DNA of 64,000 bases from an uncultured Acidobacteriota bacterium. Its GTDB lineage: Bacteria > Acidobacteriota > Thermoanaerobaculia > Gp7-AA8. Shown here in pieces: positions 53,945 to 62,451 of the stretch (the first letter of the stretch is position 1; every line of letters begins with the position of its first letter). The position numbers and the translations under genes were made by a program. The DNA is taken from positions 1,088,001 through 1,152,000 of the forward strand of contig CAWGHO010000003.1 in NCBI GenBank assembly GCA_963822445.1. Direction: 5' to 3'. The notes under the pieces are model-generated. The model was not told where the DNA came from, ran no database searches, and saw nothing but the letters and a program-made list of their open reading frames with translations.

Positions 53945-56899
53945 ATGCTAGCTCGCAACGTCGTTCGCGCGATCGCCGCGCTCTGCCTTTCCACGCTGCC
54001 GCTGTTTGCGCAGACCACCGCCTCGCTCACCGGTCAGGTCACGATCGGCGATGAGCCCGCGCCCGGTGTGATCGTCACGGTCACTTCGCCGTCGCTGCAG
54101 GGATCGCGATCGGCGGAGACCGGTGCGAACGGCGCGTATCGCTTTTCGGCGCTTCCGCCCGGCGAGTATCGCGTTCGCTTCACCCTCGCCGGCGCGCAGG
54201 AGGAGACCGCCACGGCGCAACTGCAGCTCGCGCAGACCACGCGGCTCGATGCGGTCCTCGACATCGTGCTGGACACACACACCACCGTTCTCGCGGCGCC
54301 GCCTTCCGAGCTCGAAACGCCCGCGGTCGCGACGACGATGACCCTCGCCGAGATCGAGCGCCTCCCCGTGCAGCGCAACCAGCTGGCAACCGCGCAGTTC
54401 ATGCCCGGCGTGACCGCCAACGTTCTGACGAACGGCCAGGTCTCGATCTCCGGCGCGCCTGGGTATGACTCGCTGGCGATCGTCGACGGCGTCGTCGTCA
54501 ACGAAAACACCCGCGGGCAGATGCGGCCGATGTACGTCGAAGACGCGATTCAGGAGACGACCGTGCTCACCGGCGCGATTTCCGCCGAATACGGCCGCTT
54601 CACCGGCGGCGTGATCAGCACGCTGACCCGCTCGGGCGGCAACGAGGTCACCGGCTCGCTGCGCGACTCGCTCAGCAATCCTTCCTGGTCCTCGACCACG
54701 CCCGCCAACGAATCGCGCGAGGACTCGCTGAGCCACGTCTGGGAATCGACCCTCGGCGGATTCGTGATGCGCGACCGGCTCTGGTACTTCGGCGCCGGAC
54801 GCTGGGCGAAGAACGACACCGCCCGGCAGACCATCGCCGTGCCGGCTTTCACCGGTCCCGAATCGACGCCGCGCTCGCCGCAGATCAGCTATCTCGAATC
54901 GAACGATCAGAAGCGCTTCGAAGCGAAGCTCACCGCCCAGCCGCTGGCCAATCACAACATCGTCGGCTCGTACTTCGGTATCGACACGAAAGGGACGAAC
55001 GCCCGCGCCGCGAACAACATTTACGACGAGGCCAGCCTCACCACGCGCATGGATCCGGAGTCGTTGCTCGCGTTCCGTTACGACCTCCTGGCCGCGCAGG
55101 ATCTGCTCATCACCGGCCGCTTCGCGAAACGCGACATGGCCCTGCAGAGCGGCTCGGAGCTGACCGATCTCGTCGGCGGCACGGTCCTCTTCGACCGCGC
55201 GAACGGCAACGCGCGCTTCAACTCTCCGTCGCTCTGCTCGGTCTGCGGCACCGAGAATCGCGACAACCGGAATCTCGCCCTCGAAGGGCAATGGTTCGCG
55301 GACACGCGCCGGTTCGGCAGCCACAGTCTGGTCGCGGGCATCGACCGTTTCGAGGAGCGCCGCAGCAGCGCCGGCCATGACAGCGGAAGCGATTTCGGTC
55401 TCTTCGTGAGCCGCGCGCAGTTCAAGGACGGCGCGATCTATCCGGTGATCACGCCGACGACGAACAACGGCGGCGGGACGTTCATCCGCTGGATGCCGTT
55501 GCTCGTCGAGCCGCAACCGAATCGCCTGCGCACCGACTCGGTCTACATCAACGATCGCTGGGACCCGTCGGTGCACTGGAGCATCTCCGCCGGCGCGCGT
55601 TTCGACAGCAATGACGCCGTCGATGCCGACGGCACGGTGATGTCGGACGACAGTCGCATCTCGCCGCGCCTGGTCGTGCAGTACGACCTCGCCGGCGACG
55701 GGCGCCATCGCTTCAGCGCGTCGTACGGCGAATACGCGTCCCGCATCGCCGACAGCATCGCCTCGGCCAACCAGACCGCGGGCATCACCGGCGCGATCGA
55801 CTTCGCTTACCGCGGTCCGGCCATCAACGCCAACTCGCTCAACGTGCCGATGGCCGACGCCATCCGCATGGTCTTCGACTACTTCAACAGCACTCAGGGC
55901 GGCACGAACAACCGGGCCGCGAACAACCTCCGCCCGAACGGCACCCGTTCCATTCCCGGCTACTCGTCCTATGTCGACGGCACCCTGGCCGCGCCGTACG
56001 TGCAGGAGCTGACTGCCGGGTACGGCATGTCGATCGGCAATCGCGGCTTCGCCAAGATCGACGTGATCAGCCGCGACTGGCGTGATCTCTACGCGGCCAG
56101 CGTCACCCAGAACACCCGCCGCACGAGCACGCCCCTCGGCATCCCCGTCGATCTCGTGCGCAACGGCAACAGCGACAACCTCCAGCGCACCTACCGCGCC
56201 GTGCAACTGCAGGCGAGCTGGAATCACTCGCGATTCGACACCGGCGCGTTCTACACATGGTCGCAGCTCCGCGGAAATCATGAAGGGGAGAGCGCGACGA
56301 CGGGCGCGGTCGCCGACGCCGATCCTTCGATTTACTACCCCGAGTTCCTGAACTACGAGCGCTTTTCCCCGATCGGCTGGCTGCGCGGCGATCAGCGCCA
56401 TCGTCTCCGCGCCTGGGCCGGCGTCGCGCTCGGCTCGTTCCACGTCTCGCTCCTGCAGACCTTCGACTCCGGCCAGCCGTATTCAGCGGTCGCGCCGGTC
56501 AACGTCACGTCCTACGCCGGCGCGCCCGCGAATCCCGGCTACAACGCCATTGCCAACGGCGTGTACTTCATCAGCGACCGCGGCGAGTTCCGCACGCACG
56601 ACGTGCACTCGACCGACCTCGCGGTCCGCTACAGCCGCCGCATTCTCGGCGCGGAACTGTTTGCACAGGCCGACGTGCTCAACGTGATGAACAACGATGA
56701 CGTGGCCGATCCCCAGCGCCTCAACACCGGCGTCACCACCTCGGCGACGTCCGCAGCGTTCCAGCCGTTCGATCCTTTCAACACCATCCCCGTCGCCGGC
56801 ACGCATTACCAGCTCAACGCGAATTTCGGCCGGCCGCTGAACGATCTCGCCTATCAGCGGCCGCGGACGGTGAGGGCTTCGCTCGGCCTGCGTTTTTGA
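53945..56899 (+). CDS. TonB-dependent receptor with carboxypeptidase-regulatory-like N-domain (Oar-like)
   Basis: Signal peptide; G.YRF..LPPG.Y; SAEYGRFTGG...TRSGGN; C-terminal Phe. Confidence 0.9.
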   Translation: MLARNVVRAIAALCLSTLPLFAQTTASLTGQVTIGDEPAPGVIVTVTSPSLQGSRSAETGANGAYRFSALPPGEYRVRFTLAGAQEETATAQLQLAQTTRLDAVLDIVLDTHTTVLAAPPSELETPAVATTMTLAEIERLPVQRNQLATAQFMPGVTANVLTNGQVSISGAPGYDSLAIVDGVVVNENTRGQMRPMYVEDAIQETTVLTGAISAEYGRFTGGVISTLTRSGGNEVTGSLRDSLSNPSWSSTTPANESREDSLSHVWESTLGGFVMRDRLWYFGAGRWAKNDTARQTIAVPAFTGPESTPRSPQISYLESNDQKRFEAKLTAQPLANHNIVGSYFGIDTKGTNARAANNIYDEASLTTRMDPESLLAFRYDLLAAQDLLITGRFAKRDMALQSGSELTDLVGGTVLFDRANGNARFNSPSLCSVCGTENRDNRNLALEGQWFADTRRFGSHSLVAGIDRFEERRSSAGHDSGSDFGLFVSRAQFKDGAIYPVITPTTNNGGGTFIRWMPLLVEPQPNRLRTDSVYINDRWDPSVHWSISAGARFDSNDAVDADGTVMSDDSRISPRLVVQYDLAGDGRHRFSASYGEYASRIADSIASANQTAGITGAIDFAYRGPAINANSLNVPMADAIRMVFDYFNSTQGGTNNRAANNLRPNGTRSIPGYSSYVDGTLAAPYVQELTAGYGMSIGNRGFAKIDVISRDWRDLYAASVTQNTRRTSTPLGIPVDLVRNGNSDNLQRTYRAVQLQASWNHSRFDTGAFYTWSQLRGNHEGESATTGAVADADPSIYYPEFLNYERFSPIGWLRGDQRHRLRAWAGVALGSFHVSLLQTFDSGQPYSAVAPVNVTSYAGAPANPGYNAIANGVYFISDRGEFRTHDVHSTDLAVRYSRRILGAELFAQADVLNVMNNDDVADPQRLNTGVTTSATSAAFQPFDPFNTIPVAGTHYQLNANFGRPLNDLAYQRPRTVRASLGLRF

Positions 56900-56959
56900 G
56901 ACTGCTGTCCGGCAAATTAAAAGCAGTGCGGCGCTTACACTCGCGCCGGTCCAATTTCC

Positions 56960-59404
56960 ATGGAGCTCATCGGGCGGCAGTTCGGCCATATCCGGGTCAC
57001 GGAAGTCATCGGCGAAGGGGGCATGGGTGCGGTCTATGCCGGCTATGACGACAGGCTGGACCGCAAAGTCGCGCTGAAGGTTCTGCACGCCGAGCAGCGA
57101 CTCGACGAAGAAGCGCGCGAGAGGCTGCTGCGCGAAGCGCGCGCCCTCTCCAAGGTCGACCACCCCAACATCTGCCGCATTCACGACTACATCGAGACCG
57201 CCGACGTCGATCTGCTGGTGCTCGAGTTCATCGACGGCCGCACGCTCGATGTCGCGCTCGAAGGCGGCATTGCGTACAGCGAGAAGTTGCGGGTCGCCAC
57301 GACCATCGCCGAGGTTCTGCTGCGGGCGCACCGGGCGGGGATCGTCCATCGCGATCTGAAGCCCGACAACGTGATGATCACCTCGGCGGGGGAGGTGAAG
57401 GTCCTCGACTTCGGACTCGCGCGCTGGCTGCGCGACGCGCGCAAATCATCCGGACGGAACCGCGGCGTAGAGCAGACACTCCTGTCTGCTCCGTCCGAAC
57501 AGACAGGAGTGTCTGTTCTACGCCTCCCGCAACCGTGGATTACACCGGGCGGTCGTTCGCCGCGGCCCGAACTGGCAACGGCCATGGGCGTCACCCTCGG
57601 CACGCCGTTCTACATGAGTCCCGAGCAGGCTCGCGGGGAGCCGCTCACGCCCGCGAGCGACATGTACGCGTTCGGTCTGCTCCTGCAGATCATGTTTTCG
57701 GGAACGCAGCCGCATCCGGAGAACATGCCATCGCGCGACGTGATCCTGCGCGTTGCGCAAGGGGAGACACAGCCGGCCACTGGCGCGCCGAAAAGCATCC
57801 TCCCGCTCATCAACGCGCTCAAATCGTTTGCGCCGGCCGATCGCCCGACCGCTACGGACGCGGTCGCGAAACTGCGATGGCTGATTGCCAGGCCGCAACG
57901 CATTGCACGCCGCTCCGCGATCGCCGCCGTGGTCGTCCTGGCCCTCCTCGGATTGTGGCGCTACACGGTCGATCTCAAAACGGAGCGAGCCGAGGCGCAG
58001 AGGCAGCGGGCTCGGGCCGAGGATCTGATCAACTTCATGCTCGGCGATCTGCGCAGGAAGCTCGAGCCGGTCGGCCGGCTGGATGTCCTCGACGACGTCG
58101 GTGAAAAAGCACTGCAATACACCGCCGAACTGCGCCCCGAGGTCATGTCAGCCGAAGAGCTGTCGCGCAATGCCGCGGCCCTCCATCAACTGGGTGAAGT
58201 GCGCATTGGACAGGGCAAGGGGCCGGAGGCCGCGGCGATCTTTCGCCGTTCGCTGAAGCTGAGCGAGCTCGCTGTGAAGAAAGCCCCCGGCGATCCGAAA
58301 GCGCTTTTCGTTTATGCCCAGACCCAGTACTGGATCGGCAATGGTCTTTACACCGATGGCAATGTCGAAGCGGCGCTCGTGCACATGCGCGAGTATTTGC
58401 GCGTCGCCAATCGCCTGGTCGAGCTCGAGCCGGCCAATCGCGATTATCAGCGCGAGGTCGCATACGGTCACGGCAACGTCGCCTCGATGCTCGAAAACCT
58501 CGGCCAGCCGCGCGAGGCCTTGCCGCACCACCGTCTGAATCTTCAGGTCAAAGAGCGGCTCGACGACGGCAGCAACAGCAGCCGCGCGGAGATTGCCGTC
58601 GGCTGCAACAAAGTCGCGCTCGCGCTCTACAAGCTCGGCGACCTGCGTCAGGCCCTCGAATACTTCCGGCGCGAGCATCAGATTTACAGCGAGCTGACGG
58701 CGCGCGATCCGAAAGACATGCGCTGGAAGCAGAAATTCGCCACGAACATGGCCTATCTCGGCCGCGCACTGATTGCCAGTGGACAGCGCGACGAGGGCGC
58801 CGCCTTGTACGAAAAAGAGCTGGCCATCGAGAGCGAGCTCGCCGAACGCGATCCCGCCAATGTCGTCTGGCAACGCAGCGTGGCCATCAGCACGCGGCAT
58901 GTTGCCGAGGCCAGGGCCCGTCGCGGCGAGGTCGCTGGTGCGCATGAGCTGTACAGAAAGGCGCGGGCCAAGATCGCCGAAGCGATGAAGCTTGCGCCGA
59001 CGCGAACGTCGTATGCGGTGGATGCTGCGGTGATCGACGTTGAATACGGGCGCTTCCTGTCCGAGAACGGTGATGTCAGCGGCGGCCTGCGCATCATTCG
59101 CCAGGCCATTCCACGATTACAGAAGTTGGAGGCCACTGCGTCAACGGCGCGTGCGCTCTTCTACGAAGCGGAAATTCTGCGCAAGACGAAACCGCAATCG
59201 GCGGAAGCGATTTACAGCATTGCGGAACGTGAGCTGGCGCCGGTCATCGCGAAGTCGTCCGATCCTTCCGATCTCGCGCTGTGGACGCGGATCCTCATCC
59301 GCCGCGGTCTTCACGCCGACGCGAAGGCGATGCTCGCCCGCATGCGCGCAAACGGGCAGTGGGTTGGCGAGCTCGAGCAGATGTGCCGCGAGTCCGGCTG
59401 TTGA
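56960..59404 (+). CDS. Ser/Thr protein kinase - TM - TPR (paralog 1)
   Basis: [29 protein letters not shown]; one TM; [17 protein letters not shown] then TPRs. Confidence 0.92.
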   Translation: MELIGRQFGHIRVTEVIGEGGMGAVYAGYDDRLDRKVALKVLHAEQRLDEEARERLLREARALSKVDHPNICRIHDYIETADVDLLVLEFIDGRTLDVALEGGIAYSEKLRVATTIAEVLLRAHRAGIVHRDLKPDNVMITSAGEVKVLDFGLARWLRDARKSSGRNRGVEQTLLSAPSEQTGVSVLRLPQPWITPGGRSPRPELATAMGVTLGTPFYMSPEQARGEPLTPASDMYAFGLLLQIMFSGTQPHPENMPSRDVILRVAQGETQPATGAPKSILPLINALKSFAPADRPTATDAVAKLRWLIARPQRIARRSAIAAVVVLALLGLWRYTVDLKTERAEAQRQRARAEDLINFMLGDLRRKLEPVGRLDVLDDVGEKALQYTAELRPEVMSAEELSRNAAALHQLGEVRIGQGKGPEAAAIFRRSLKLSELAVKKAPGDPKALFVYAQTQYWIGNGLYTDGNVEAALVHMREYLRVANRLVELEPANRDYQREVAYGHGNVASMLENLGQPREALPHHRLNLQVKERLDDGSNSSRAEIAVGCNKVALALYKLGDLRQALEYFRREHQIYSELTARDPKDMRWKQKFATNMAYLGRALIASGQRDEGAALYEKELAIESELAERDPANVVWQRSVAISTRHVAEARARRGEVAGAHELYRKARAKIAEAMKLAPTRTSYAVDAAVIDVEYGRFLSENGDVSGGLRIIRQAIPRLQKLEATASTARALFYEAEILRKTKPQSAEAIYSIAERELAPVIAKSSDPSDLALWTRILIRRGLHADAKAMLARMRANGQWVGELEQMCRESGC

Positions 59405-59428
59405 GTCATTTTTCCTTCTCTCCCGAAC

Positions 59429-59437
59429 TGCTATAAT
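59429..59437 (+). promoter_or_regulatory. Extended -10 promoter element for kinase 2
   Basis: TGCTATAAT about 32 nt upstream of ATG; same motif precedes kinase 3. Confidence 0.65.
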
Positions 59438-59469
59438 CCGCGCGGGCCTTACCACCACACAACCTGCGT

Positions 59470-61944
59470 ATGGAGCTCATCGGACGGCAGTTCGGGCATA
59501 TCCGCGTCTCCGGAGTCATCGGCGAAGGCGGCATGGGGGCGGTCTATGCGGGGCATGATGAGAAGCTGGACCGCAAGGTCGCGCTGAAAGTCCTCCACGC
59601 CGAACAGCGTCTCGACAGCGAGGCGCGCACGCGGCTGTTACGTGAAGCGCAGACGCTTTCCCGGGTCGATCATCCGAACATCTGCCGGATCTACGATTAC
59701 ATCGAGAGCGGAGACGTCGACCTGCTCGTGCTCGAGTACATCGACGGCCGCACGTTGCAGTCGGCGATGGATGAAGGCCTTCCGCAGGCCGAGCGGATGC
59801 GCATCGCGTCGACGATTGCCGAGGTGCTGGTCGTCGCTCACCGCGCGGGCATCGTCCATCGCGATCTGAAGCCGGACAACGTGATGCTCACGAAAACCGG
59901 CGCCGTGAAGGTGCTGGACTTCGGCCTGGCGCGGCTGTTCGAGAAGGGCCGGAAGTCTTCCGACTCTCATTCGGTGGCGGGTGAAGCAGTCGAACCGTCC
60001 ATTGCCGCGACGATGGTCATGCCCTCCGTGCATGCGTCGGACGTCAGCCCATCAGGCCGGGCCGCCTTCCTCGCCACGGCCGCAGGCATCGCCCTCGGCA
60101 CGCCGCTCTACATGAGTCCCGAACAGGCCCGCGGCGAGGCACTGACGCCGGCCAGCGACATGTTTTCCTTCGGGTTGCTCCTGCAGGTCCTCTTCACCGG
60201 CAAGGAGCCACATCCGGAAGTGATGAGCGCGAGGGACGTCATCCTTCGCGTCGCGCGAGGTGAGACCAATCCCGTTGAAGGTGCGCCGAAAGACATCACC
60301 GTGCTCGTAAACAATCTCAAGATGCTCGCCCCGGCCGACCGTCCGACGGCCGTCCAGGCGGTGGAGCGGCTCCGGTTTCTGATCGCGAAGCCGCAGCGGA
60401 TCGCGCGGCGCGCGATCGCCGCAGGCGTCGCGTTGATGATGCTCTTCGGCGTCTGGCGTTACACCGTGGACCTCGATCGCGAGCGGGCCGTCGCCGTGGC
60501 AGCACGCGCGGACGCGGAGAACCTCATCGAATACATGCTCGGCGATCTGCGCAAGAAACTCGAGCCGGTTGGAAGACTAGACATCCTCGACGATGCCAGC
60601 CAGCGCGCGCTGGCGTACATCGGCTCGCATCAGCCGGCGACGATGTCCAATGACGCGCTCGCGCGAAGCTCCAAGGCGCTCAATCAGCTCGGCGAAGTGC
60701 GGATCGGACAGGGGAAGCTTCACGATGCACTCGCGCTGTTCAAGCGGTCCTTGAGCCTGGCCGAACTGGCCTTGAAGCGCGAGCCCGATTCGGCACCTGC
60801 GCAGCTCGCCGTCGCAACGACGCACTTCTGGATCGGCGACGTCTACCGGAAACAGGGAAATCTGAAGGACGCGCTCGCGCACTACACGCTCTACATGAAC
60901 GGCGCCGAGGCGCTTTTCAAGGCCCATCCGGAAAACGATGAGTATCAACTCGAGCGCGGGTATGGCCACGCCAACGTTGCGTCGATCTACGAGTTGCAAG
61001 GCGAGTTCTCCCGCGCGCTCGAACACCTGCGCTTGACGCGGGAGGTCAAGGTCGCCCGCGTGGCCGCCAAGCCTTCCGACGCGGAACGCCAGGGAGACCT
61101 CGCCCGAACCCTGAACCGGATCGGTTTCGTTCTCGAGCGCAGCGGCGACCTCCGCGGCGCGCGCGCCAACTACGAGCAGGAGTTCGCTACGTACTCGCGG
61201 CTCGTCGCCCGCGATCCCCAGAACAGCCGCTGGAAGCACCGGTTGATCGTGAGCCACGACTTCCTCGCCCGGATGTTCGAGATGACCGGCGACGTGGACG
61301 CTGCGTTGAAACACCGCCGGGCCGAGCTGGTGCTCAGCGAACAGCTCGCGGAGCGCGATCCCGAGAACGCGCAGTGGCAGAGGAATCTCGCCGTGATCCA
61401 AATGCAGTACGGCGACGTGCTGCGCGTCGCCGGCGAGTTCGCGCCGGCGTTGAAATCGATTCGCACGGGCGAGGCCTCGATGGAACGCCTTCTGATGCGC
61501 AAGGAAACGGTGTCGTCGTGGCATCGCGATCTGGCGACGATTCAGACCGCGGCGGCCCAGGCATACCTGGCCAATGGAAACGCCGCCGCCGCAGAACAGT
61601 CGGCCGCCGCATCGGTTGCGCTCGCCGAACCGCTGCTTACCATGGACGCGGCCATGCCGCGTCATATCGCCGAGAGCTACCTGGCCCTCGGCGACGCCCG
61701 CGCTGCCGCCGGGAACGCAGTGCGCGCCCGGGAAGCGTGGTCGACAGCAGTCGACGTGTTGTCCCGGGTGCCGGCCGAACAGCGCACTCCGGAGCTGCTC
61801 GACACGCTCGTCCGGACGCTTCTCCGCCTCGACCGTCGGGACGAAGCCGAGCCGCTGATCGAGCAATTGACACGCATCGGATATCGCGCTCCCGATTTCA
61901 TGAGAGCGATTGCAACAGCGAGAGAAAAGGAGGCAAGCATATGA
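59470..61944 (+). CDS. Ser/Thr protein kinase - TM - TPR (paralog 2)
   Basis: Same motifs; [17 protein letters not shown] then TPRs. Confidence 0.92.
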   Translation: MELIGRQFGHIRVSGVIGEGGMGAVYAGHDEKLDRKVALKVLHAEQRLDSEARTRLLREAQTLSRVDHPNICRIYDYIESGDVDLLVLEYIDGRTLQSAMDEGLPQAERMRIASTIAEVLVVAHRAGIVHRDLKPDNVMLTKTGAVKVLDFGLARLFEKGRKSSDSHSVAGEAVEPSIAATMVMPSVHASDVSPSGRAAFLATAAGIALGTPLYMSPEQARGEALTPASDMFSFGLLLQVLFTGKEPHPEVMSARDVILRVARGETNPVEGAPKDITVLVNNLKMLAPADRPTAVQAVERLRFLIAKPQRIARRAIAAGVALMMLFGVWRYTVDLDRERAVAVAARADAENLIEYMLGDLRKKLEPVGRLDILDDASQRALAYIGSHQPATMSNDALARSSKALNQLGEVRIGQGKLHDALALFKRSLSLAELALKREPDSAPAQLAVATTHFWIGDVYRKQGNLKDALAHYTLYMNGAEALFKAHPENDEYQLERGYGHANVASIYELQGEFSRALEHLRLTREVKVARVAAKPSDAERQGDLARTLNRIGFVLERSGDLRGARANYEQEFATYSRLVARDPQNSRWKHRLIVSHDFLARMFEMTGDVDAALKHRRAELVLSEQLAERDPENAQWQRNLAVIQMQYGDVLRVAGEFAPALKSIRTGEASMERLLMRKETVSSWHRDLATIQTAAAQAYLANGNAAAAEQSAAASVALAEPLLTMDAAMPRHIAESYLALGDARAAAGNAVRAREAWSTAVDVLSRVPAEQRTPELLDTLVRTLLRLDRRDEAEPLIEQLTRIGYRAPDFMRAIATAREKEASI

Positions 61945-62351
61945 CCCAGCACATCACCATCTATTCACTGACCGACGTGAGACCGGACATTGCCAGCGTC
62001 TGGAGAGACGACCAGGTGCTCATGTGGGGCTTTGCGCCGGAATCCCGACTGGCGTGGCCCCCCGACTTTCTCGAGCCGATCCAGTTCACGAACGACAATC
62101 CGAATTACGCCCCGTGGCCCGGATCGAATCCGGTGCCGGTCGGTGCGAAGCCGGATGTCGGCCCGGATCGGCGGTTTTACATCGCCATGGCTCAGATGAT
62201 CATGCCGAACGGCGAGACCGCCATGTACAACTACACGATCAACGTGGTGGACGAGTTCAATAACCTTCAACGGGTCCAGGTGCATCGCACCAAGCCCGAC
62301 GGAACGGTTGAGGTAATCGACCCGGAAGTCGAGAACGAGCCCCAGCCGTGA
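61941..62351 (+). CDS. 136-aa protein with C-terminal DPxxxNEP motif (DP-EP/DUF1888-like)
   Basis: AAGGAGG RBS; ATGA overlap with kinase 2; ends YNYTI...IDPEVENEPQP. Confidence 0.75.
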   Translation: MTQHITIYSLTDVRPDIASVWRDDQVLMWGFAPESRLAWPPDFLEPIQFTNDNPNYAPWPGSNPVPVGAKPDVGPDRRFYIAMAQMIMPNGETAMYNYTINVVDEFNNLQRVQVHRTKPDGTVEVIDPEVENEPQP

Positions 62352-62360
62352 CCTCGTGAT

Positions 62361-62389
62361 CGCAGGCCGGCGCCAATCGCCGGCCTGCG
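62361..62389 (+). terminator. 12-bp GC hairpin after the small ORF (no U-tract)
   Basis: cgcaggccggcg-ccaat-cgccggcctgcg. Confidence 0.5.
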
Positions 62390-62408
62390 TCGTCTCTAGC
62401 ATCCCGAT

Positions 62409-62417
62409 TGCTATAAT
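62409..62417 (+). promoter_or_regulatory. Extended -10 promoter element for kinase 3
   Basis: TGCTATAAT about 34 nt upstream of ATG. Confidence 0.65.
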
Positions 62418-62451
62418 CGCCGCGGGTCTAATAACCAAAAACGGTCGGAAT

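Noticed and set aside
61374-61940. 325-aa version of the small ORF given in the track
   Set aside because: The upstream part overlaps kinase 2 in another frame; RBS and ATGA coupling place the start at 61941.
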